Source: Candidatus Gastranaerophilales bacterium
Lineage (GTDB): Bacteria; Cyanobacteriota; Vampirovibrionia; Gastranaerophilales; Gastranaerophilaceae
Reading direction: 5' to 3'
DNA: 64,000 nucleotides
NCBI GenBank assembly: GCA_944322685.1
Contig: CALUPP010000034.1
Location: 8,475 to 72,474, forward strand
How positions within the stretch are numbered: the stretch's first letter is position 1; each line of letters begins with the position of its first letter. The notes beneath the pieces were generated by a model, which did not search any database, had not been told where the DNA came from, and saw nothing but the letters and a program-made list of their open reading frames with translations. Both the position numbers and the translations under genes were made by a program. Below, piece after piece: positions 57,372 through 64,000 of this stretch.

Positions 57372-57436
57372 TATTTTAATTCGCCATATTGCAAAAAGAG
57401 CCTTTAAAAAGGCCCTTTTAAACACTTAAACTGTCG

Positions 57437-57997
57437 CTAATCCAAATAAAATGACGTGATAACTTTGTGACTTTCTTTTGCGTATTCAATCGCCTTATGC
57501 AGGGTGTTTGAAGTGTGCGAAAGGAAGCAAATAAGCTGCTGGCAGTCGTCGATAATCTCTCTGTTGCAGATTCGGCTTGCATCAGCGAGCGTCATCATGG
57601 CTCTGTCGGCATGTTCGATGATGTTTGGAACGCCGATGAGCTGATCTTGAACGTCAGACGGCTGCTGGCCGATAGTTTGAGGAAGAATAACCTTTAATTT
57701 GTCAGGATTTGACTTCATTGCGCCTCTAATCGTTGCCGCATTGGTTCCGCTTGAACCGCCGGAAGTGATAATCGTATTCCCTTGCGAAACCAGCGCCGAC
57801 GCAATAGTTTCAATAAGCTGCTGATGCGTAATCGGGAGGTTTCTGCTGCCGATAATTGCAATTCTTTTTGCGGACTGTCTTATAGTCGCAAGTTCCATCG
57901 CCAGCTGATCGACTGTATTTGCATCTTCTTCCGAAACCGTATCCAAATCATCTGCCGGAACCATAATCGTAGGTTGTTTTTCTTTCTCGTCTGACAT
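57437..57997 (-). CDS. DprA/SMF-like Rossmann-fold (SLOG superfamily) protein, stand-alone (186 aa)
   Basis: RIAIIGSRNLP...LVSQGNTIITSGGSSGTNAATIRGAM...KVILPQTIG resembles the DprA core (GSR...SGgA.Gid...). It has an acidic disordered N-terminus and no DprA C-terminal winged-helix domain. Confidence 0.5.
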   Translation of the reverse strand: MSDEKEKQPTIMVPADDLDTVSEEDANTVDQLAMELATIRQSAKRIAIIGSRNLPITHQQLIETIASALVSQGNTIITSGGSSGTNAATIRGAMKSNPDKLKVILPQTIGQQPSDVQDQLIGVPNIIEHADRAMMTLADASRICNREIIDDCQQLICFLSHTSNTLHKAIEYAKESHKVITSFYLD

Positions 57998-58160
57998 TAT
58001 TTTTTCCTATTAAATCTAAATATTTTACATCACAAAATTTTTTGATTATCATAATAATATCATATATTCTTTAAAAATACCAGAAATATGTTTGAAAAAC
58101 CTTTATTTTTGAGGAAGTCTTGGATTTTAGGTTCTTTTTCAATCAAAAGAATTGGGGAAA

Positions 58161-60617
58161 ATGGAAGAGTTGTTACAACAGCTAAATGAAAAACAGCGCG
58201 AAGCCGTTGTTGAAAAATACGGAAGCCTTTTGGTGCTTGCGGGCGCAGGCAGTGGAAAAACAAAGGTTTTGACGAGCAGAATCGTAAATCTTGTAAAATC
58301 CGGCATCAGCCCGTACAAAATACTCGCCGTAACATTCACAAACAAGGCCGCAAAAGAAATGCGCGAGAGGCTTTCGAAAATGCTGGGCGAAGATGTTGTA
58401 AAAAAAATGTGGGTAGGCACTTTTCACAGCATCTGCGGGCGAATTTTAAGGTTTGATATTGAAAATTACAAAAGCCCCGACGGAAAAGTCTGGACAAACA
58501 ACTACGTAATTTATGATGAAAACGATTCGATGGCGCTGATTAAGGGCGCAATCAAAAAACTCAATCTTGACGAAAAAGTTTACCAGCCAAAGCTCGTAAA
58601 AGCCGCAATCAGCAACGCAAAGTCAAAAATGCAGGATGCTTATACTTTTTCAACACGCGCAAGGGACTACCGGACGCAAAAAATCTCAGAAATCTATGAA
58701 GATTACGAAAAACAGCTCCTTGCGAACAACGCGATTGACTTTGACGACATGCTTTTATTGACGGTTAACCTGTTGAACACAAACGACGAAGTCAGACAAA
58801 AATACCATGAAAGATTTACTCATATCCTCGTTGACGAGTTTCAGGATACGAACATAAGCCAATATACACTCATAAAATCGATTTATGCGAACAATCGCGC
58901 CGAATCCGAACTTTCAGACCGCAGCCTATGCGTTGTCGGCGACGTGGATCAATCGATTTACAGCTGGCGCGGGGCTGATTACAAGATTATTCTCGGGTTT
59001 CAGGTCGATTTTAAGAACACAAAACTGATAAAACTTGAGCAAAACTACCGTTCTGTTTCAACAATCCTCGATGCGGCCAACGCAATCATCGTAAACAACA
59101 CCGAACGCGTAAGCAAGAACCTTTTTTCAACAAAAGGCAAGGGCGAAAAAATCGTTATTTACGAGGCGCAGGACGAAGCGAACGAAGCGAACTATATTGC
59201 CAATAAAATTGAAGATATTTCGGACAGATTGAGCGATATTGCTGTTCTTTACCGCACAAACTCGCAATCAAGGGCCATTGAAGAAGCATTGATTGCCCAC
59301 GGAATTTCGTACAAGATGATCGGAGGGCTGAAATTCTACGATCGTAAAGAAATTAAGGATTTAATCGCTTATTTGAAGCTTCTTTACAACCCGCATGATT
59401 CACAAAGCTTAAAAAGAATCATAAATGTGCCAAAACGCTCAATCGGAAACACAACCGTGCAAAATATTGAAAAAATTGCCGATGAAAACAACCTTTCTCT
59501 GTTTGAAGTAATGAGCGACATTGATTCTTACGACGAAGTAAAAGCAGCGGCAAAATCCAAGCTCAAAGAATTCGTGAATTTGTACGCATCTCTCGCAGAA
59601 AAGAAAAATGCGCTTCCTTTGCCCGAGTTTATTGCGACGGTTATTGAGGATTCGGGGTATTTGCGCGAGCTGAAAGAGGAAGATACCGAAGAATCGCAGT
59701 CAAGAATCGAAAACTTGCAGGAATTAATCAACGTTGCGCGTGAATTTCAGCCGGACGAGCCGGAAAATGTGCTCGGCGAGTTCCTTGCTCAGGTCGCATT
59801 GGTCAGCGATTTGGATGCAACGGCAGATATCGACAATTCTGTCACGCTCATGACGCTCCATGCGGCAAAAGGGCTTGAATTTAAGAACATTTTCCTCGCC
59901 GGGCTTGAAGAAGGCATATTTCCGCACAGCCGTTCGCTCAATACAAACACGGAAATGGAAGAAGAACGCCGCCTGATGTACGTTGGCGTAACAAGAGCGG
60001 AAGAACGGCTATGGATAACCTATGCAAAACGCCGGCAAATGTGGGGAGAAACGAGATATTACAGCCCGAGCCGGTTTTTGCAGGAAATTCCGGAGAATTT
60101 GACCGAACGCCACGTCAGCGAAGAAACGACGCAAACAACAGCCACATTCAGAAGCGCCGTAGAAAGAATCAAAACCGACCAATCAGGCTATGTGCGCCCG
60201 TCATCGGGATTCGGGAAAGGTTTTGTCGCGCCGAAGCCCTACCAAAGCACGCAAAACATCAGCAAGGTCGTAAAACCGCAAATTACGCACAAACGTGAGC
60301 CTTTTATCGTAAAAAGCGCGCAAAACAAGGCAAATGACGAAGAAAAGGTGAAAAAACTGCTTGAAGATAACCCGATAAAAAGAATGCTCGAAGAAAAGCG
60401 CAAAAAAGAACGCGAAATGACAGAATCTTCCGCCGAAACACATACATCCAACGGAAAAACCTTTGCGCCGGGCGACAGAATTTTTCATGAACGCTTCGGA
60501 ATCGGGCATATTGAAGAAATTAAGCCAATCGGCTCGTCCACAATGTACATAATTGACTTCGGAAAGCAGGGAAAAAAGGCTGTGGATGCTGCTTATTCAA
60601 ACCTCAAGAAATTTTAG
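58161..60617 (+). CDS. pcrA: ATP-dependent DNA helicase PcrA/UvrD
   Basis: LNEKQREAV..., Walker A AGAGSGKT, VDEFQDTN, and the UvrD C-terminal domain including a Tudor-like GDRIFHERFGIGHI. Start at ATG 58161; the longest ORF starts at TTG 58152. Confidence 0.9.
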   Translation: MEELLQQLNEKQREAVVEKYGSLLVLAGAGSGKTKVLTSRIVNLVKSGISPYKILAVTFTNKAAKEMRERLSKMLGEDVVKKMWVGTFHSICGRILRFDIENYKSPDGKVWTNNYVIYDENDSMALIKGAIKKLNLDEKVYQPKLVKAAISNAKSKMQDAYTFSTRARDYRTQKISEIYEDYEKQLLANNAIDFDDMLLLTVNLLNTNDEVRQKYHERFTHILVDEFQDTNISQYTLIKSIYANNRAESELSDRSLCVVGDVDQSIYSWRGADYKIILGFQVDFKNTKLIKLEQNYRSVSTILDAANAIIVNNTERVSKNLFSTKGKGEKIVIYEAQDEANEANYIANKIEDISDRLSDIAVLYRTNSQSRAIEEALIAHGISYKMIGGLKFYDRKEIKDLIAYLKLLYNPHDSQSLKRIINVPKRSIGNTTVQNIEKIADENNLSLFEVMSDIDSYDEVKAAAKSKLKEFVNLYASLAEKKNALPLPEFIATVIEDSGYLRELKEEDTEESQSRIENLQELINVAREFQPDEPENVLGEFLAQVALVSDLDATADIDNSVTLMTLHAAKGLEFKNIFLAGLEEGIFPHSRSLNTNTEMEEERRLMYVGVTRAEERLWITYAKRRQMWGETRYYSPSRFLQEIPENLTERHVSEETTQTTATFRSAVERIKTDQSGYVRPSSGFGKGFVAPKPYQSTQNISKVVKPQITHKREPFIVKSAQNKANDEEKVKKLLEDNPIKRMLEEKRKKEREMTESSAETHTSNGKTFAPGDRIFHERFGIGHIEEIKPIGSSTMYIIDFGKQGKKAVDAAYSNLKKF

Positions 60618-60683
60618 CGTTACATAATTTAACAAAAGAGCCAATATCGCGCAATTTTGGCACTTTAGGGTTATTATTCAAAT

Positions 60684-62108
60684 ATGATGTTAACTCCGGC
60701 AAAAATAACAAATGTCATCCTTTCAAAGCCCCTTATCAGGCTGGAAACTGAGTCATGCCGTGCAATTACAAAATATACAAAAGGCGATTCTGTTGAATTG
60801 GTTAAAAAATTTCCGATTTCACGTGCAGAACTTGTACAAAAGCTCGAAAAACACGGCATTGACGGGCGGGCCGTGAGAAAAGTACTGGAAAATCGCGAAA
60901 TAAACACGGAAATTTTGGACAAAACGTTCGACAACATCAACAATGCGTTTTCAAAAGACGGGATAAAACCGGATAAATGGTTTGCCGCGTTGGAATTCAC
61001 CGGTGCGTCAGAAGCTTTCACGCGAGAAAACCTGGAACGCCTTAGAAAAATCGATTTTTCAGGAATGCGCGCAAATGCAGGGCCCGCAGAAAAGCTGCTT
61101 GCTCTTAATTCGTTAAAAACGCCGGATTATATTGAATTTGTACTGAAAACGCTCGCACCGATGAAAAAAGAGATTTCTCCGCTTGATTTGGCAGCGTTCA
61201 CACCTGATATGGCACAATTTTTAAAGAAAACAGCCGCAGGAAACGCAAAACTGAACCTTGAGCAGTACATGAGGCTTGCACAGGCAAAGCGAAACATAGC
61301 TTATCCGCATGATTTCTTTGTAAGTGGCAACGGGGATGCTTCAAAAGCCGTTCATGACTATGATATTATCAACGAATCTTTGTTCGGGCGGCAATCAGAA
61401 GCCGTAAAGAGCGCAAAAGAGCGTCTTTTTAAGGATACAGGCGTCAGGGTTTATATGGATAACAACCTGGATGCCGAAAATATTGAATATTTACGCGAAT
61501 TTATCAATATTTCAAGGGCATCGGGCGACGATGTGCCCGCCAAAATATACATTACGAACCTTTTGCCCGAAAACGCAAACGGTTTGTTCACCCGTTCTGA
61601 CGCTTTCTTTTCCCGGCCGGTTGTAAAACTCGACAAAACAGTTGACGAAAGACGGCTTTCGACCTTTGCGCATGAAAACGGGCATTATTTGGACTACAAA
61701 ATCAACAGGGGCAAGGATTACGCAAAAAATCAGAACTCAGCAGCCTCGTCGGACGATGAAAAATATGCAATGGAGTTTTTTGTAAGCAATTATTCCTTAA
61801 AAAATCGCGAAGAATTCATTGCAGAGATAAAAAAACTGGCATTTGAGGGCAAAATCCTTAAATACAAAGACGCCCAGGGCCAAACGGTCTACCGCCGCTA
61901 CCTTTCTGAGCCCGTAGACAGTGAATCAACAGACATAATGGAGGAGCATTTTGCTTATTTGTTAAAAAAATATGAGCAATTCAACGGCCCGCAAATCAGA
62001 TTTTCACTGCTGCCGGTCATAAACAAGCCCCAAAATGCAGATTCAGCAAAAAACTACATAGAAGTTACGCAGCTTGACATACGTTATGCAAGACCGATTT
62101 ATTTTTAG
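60684..62108 (+). CDS. hypothetical protein with a C-terminal HExxH zinc-metallopeptidase-like domain (ATLF/M34-like, tentative)
   Basis: FAHENGHYLDY (HExxH) followed ~45 aa later by SNYSLKNREEFIAEI, resembling the downstream Y....E.FAE motif of anthrax-lethal-factor-like / Pro-Pro endopeptidase families. The N-terminal ~330 aa are unrecognised. Confidence 0.4.
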   Translation: MMLTPAKITNVILSKPLIRLETESCRAITKYTKGDSVELVKKFPISRAELVQKLEKHGIDGRAVRKVLENREINTEILDKTFDNINNAFSKDGIKPDKWFAALEFTGASEAFTRENLERLRKIDFSGMRANAGPAEKLLALNSLKTPDYIEFVLKTLAPMKKEISPLDLAAFTPDMAQFLKKTAAGNAKLNLEQYMRLAQAKRNIAYPHDFFVSGNGDASKAVHDYDIINESLFGRQSEAVKSAKERLFKDTGVRVYMDNNLDAENIEYLREFINISRASGDDVPAKIYITNLLPENANGLFTRSDAFFSRPVVKLDKTVDERRLSTFAHENGHYLDYKINRGKDYAKNQNSAASSDDEKYAMEFFVSNYSLKNREEFIAEIKKLAFEGKILKYKDAQGQTVYRRYLSEPVDSESTDIMEEHFAYLLKKYEQFNGPQIRFSLLPVINKPQNADSAKNYIEVTQLDIRYARPIYF

Positions 62109-62155
62109 TTAAAAAGCCGGATTTATCAACGTTTTTGGGCAAAATTTAAGCCAAA

Positions 62156-62845
62156 TTATGAGAAGAAATGGCCGCGTTTTGAATCCAGCGTGATTTTATC
62201 AAAAGAATAAAGCCGCGCAGGGCGTTTTGAGCCGGATTTTGTAAATTCGTTGAGCTCTTTAAGGATATTTGCCGAGAGAAATTTCTTTCTAAAGTTGCGT
62301 TTGTCGAGTTTTTTCGCAAGAATCAGCTCGTAAGATTTTTGCAGCTCGGTAAGCGTGAATTTTTCCGGCAAAAGCTGAAAAGCAATGGGGCAAAACTCAA
62401 GACGCTCCCTTGTTCGTTTCAAAGAATATTCAATAATCTCTTTGTGGTCAAATGCGAGCTTGGGCAGGTTGTAAACGGGGTGCCATTGAACTTCCGTAAT
62501 CTCCTGATTAGGCTCAAAAGAGAGCACAATGTCATCCGAACGAATCAAAGCAAAATATGCGCAAGTAATAACCCTGGAATCAGGGTGACGAAGCGGATCG
62601 CCAAAAGTATAAAGCTGTTCAAGGTAAATATTTTGGACGTTCGTTTTTTCTTTCAAAATTCTGATTGCCGCAGCGTCAATTGTTTCAGAAATTCGGATAA
62701 AACCGCCCGGAATAGCCCATTTCCCCTTAAAAGGTTCGTGGGCGCGCTTTACAAGCAGAACTTTCAGCTTGTCATCTTTAATCGTGAAGATAACAACGTC
62801 CGTGGTAACTTCATGCGTTTTTGTTTCTTTAAATGCTCTGCTCAT
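62156..62845 (-). CDS. Nudix hydrolase with a C-terminal winged-helix domain (NrtR-like regulator)
   Basis: Nudix box GKWAIPGGFIRISETIDAAAIRILKEKTN plus a ~90-aa C-terminal domain (FTLTELQKSYELILAKKLDKRNFRKK) typical of NrtR-family proteins. Confidence 0.65.
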   Translation of the reverse strand: MSRAFKETKTHEVTTDVVIFTIKDDKLKVLLVKRAHEPFKGKWAIPGGFIRISETIDAAAIRILKEKTNVQNIYLEQLYTFGDPLRHPDSRVITCAYFALIRSDDIVLSFEPNQEITEVQWHPVYNLPKLAFDHKEIIEYSLKRTRERLEFCPIAFQLLPEKFTLTELQKSYELILAKKLDKRNFRKKFLSANILKELNEFTKSGSKRPARLYSFDKITLDSKRGHFFS

Positions 62846-63163
62846 GTTTTTTCCCTAGCAGATATTTTAGCGTAAAAAAGACATTTTGTGTAATTTTTGA
62901 AAAAAATTTACAATTTATAAAGGAAAAACTCAAAAATTTGTACTTTGGTGCACATTTTTTGCTAATTTAGGCTGATTTTAAGAATTTTACATTAAAAAGC
63001 AAACAAAACGCTTACAAATCTGCTTTTATGAAAAAACGCAATAAATAGTTATCCGGATTTTGAAAATCATTGCCAGAAAACGCAAAAAACGTCATTTCCC
63101 GTTAAAACCCTAATAAATAGTTAAATTAGAATTTATTCAGCATGAAAAATGACGTTTTTTGGA

Positions 63164-63790
63164 CTAAATTGCTTCCGTGAGCGACATAATCGGCAAATCG
63201 AGCTCTGTTGACTCAGAATGAACCTGTTTTAGCACATTTTCGGTCTTTTCAATCGTAGGTTCGTTCTTTGCCGGCACCGGTTTTGCCGCAGGTTTCTGGT
63301 ATTTTGTAATAACCGGATCCGGATTTGCTTTTTGAGTGTTATATTCGCTCATGATGTTTTTTACGAACTTTCTCGTTTCGGCAAAAGGCGGCATTCCTTT
63401 GTATTTTGCCACATTGCCCGGCCCTGCATTGTAAGCCGCAAGCGCAAGCTCAACAGAACCGAATTTTTGGTACATCATCTTGTAATAAGCTAATCCGCCC
63501 TGGATATTTCCGCTCAAAGAATACGGATTGTAACCGATTTTTTTAGCGGTCGAGGGCAAAAGCTGAAATACGCCCACTGCACCGTAGGGACTTTTCTTTT
63601 CGTGAACAAAACCTGATTCCATCTTCGCAATACTCAAGCCGAGTGCCGGATCAACGCCCATTTCAAGAGAATGTTTTACAATATACTCTTTTACGGTCAT
63701 TTTTGACGCCGGAGCAGCCTTTGTTTGTTCAGGATTTGCAAACATGCAAAGATTGAATAGCAAGGTTATTGTTAGTAACTTTCTAATCAA
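63164..63790 (-). CDS. lytic transglycosylase (SLT domain), secreted
   Basis: Signal peptide, then LSIAKMESGF...GVFQLLPSTA...AAYNAGPGNV. TTG start with RBS AGAGGA. Confidence 0.8.
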   Translation of the reverse strand: MIRKLLTITLLFNLCMFANPEQTKAAPASKMTVKEYIVKHSLEMGVDPALGLSIAKMESGFVHEKKSPYGAVGVFQLLPSTAKKIGYNPYSLSGNIQGGLAYYKMMYQKFGSVELALAAYNAGPGNVAKYKGMPPFAETRKFVKNIMSEYNTQKANPDPVITKYQKPAAKPVPAKNEPTIEKTENVLKQVHSESTELDLPIMSLTEAI

Positions 63791-64000
63791 ATGATAATCC
63801 TCTGTTTTGTACTTCAGGGTCGCCGGGTTTCAATTGTTCTCTTCTTTATATCCCGCTATGGGTCCCGCGCGATGGCTTTTTCATTTCATCAGGTTGACGG
63901 CCCGTTTACTTTGAAAAAATTGAACTTGAATTTTCAGGTTCTTGTTTATAGTACTACATAAAAATTAAAAATCAAGTCCAAGGCGTTTTCGGGGTTGAAT

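Overview
This 64 kb window looks like ordinary chromosome from an AT-leaning bacterium. It holds about 60 protein genes, one tRNA-Gly(GCC), no rRNA, no cas genes, and no transposase or prophage genes. I read the lineage as a non-photosynthetic relative of cyanobacteria (Melainabacteria/Vampirovibrionia-like). This is an inference from gene content: a cyanobacterial-type atp1 operon (a-c-b'-b-delta-alpha-gamma with no beta/epsilon), an RpaB-like response regulator, an LdpA-like Fe-S protein, an NrtR-like Nudix regulator, a FlhA fragment and many prepilin-like genes.

Housekeeping content:
- ATP synthase operon.
- Glycogen genes: a GlgA-like gene, glgC and a GlgP-like gene.
- ald, pyrF, tsaD, rny-ymdB, a CCA-adding-type nucleotidyltransferase gene, uvrA, glyS, tyrA, thrS, pcrA and a XerC/D-family recombinase.
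- An amidase and a lytic transglycosylase.

Main second-look items:
1. A tandem array of 82-93 bp double-hairpin units (six full copies plus one partial) between rpaB and a convergent gene. It is not a CRISPR.
2. A stand-alone MotA/ExbB-like plus MotB/OmpA-like two-gene module next to a long coiled-coil protein, a consensus-promoter membrane protein and a GGDEF/HD-GYP enzyme.
3. Three enzyme homologues with key residues replaced: a radical-SAM-fold protein with CX3CX2C read as SX3SX2L, an alpha-glucan phosphorylase with the PLP lysine read as Ser, and a 790-aa GlgA-like protein with KTGGL read as SDGGL.
4. Several otherwise unrelated hypothetical proteins share flagellin-like N-termini followed by an [S/N]-F-[G/K] motif.
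5. An anti-sigma gene placed before its ECF sigma gene, followed by a Spy/CpxP-like gene, with an ECF-type promoter upstream.
6. Candidate small or structured RNAs and long inverted repeats.

All functional calls come from motif recognition by eye. No database search was run.
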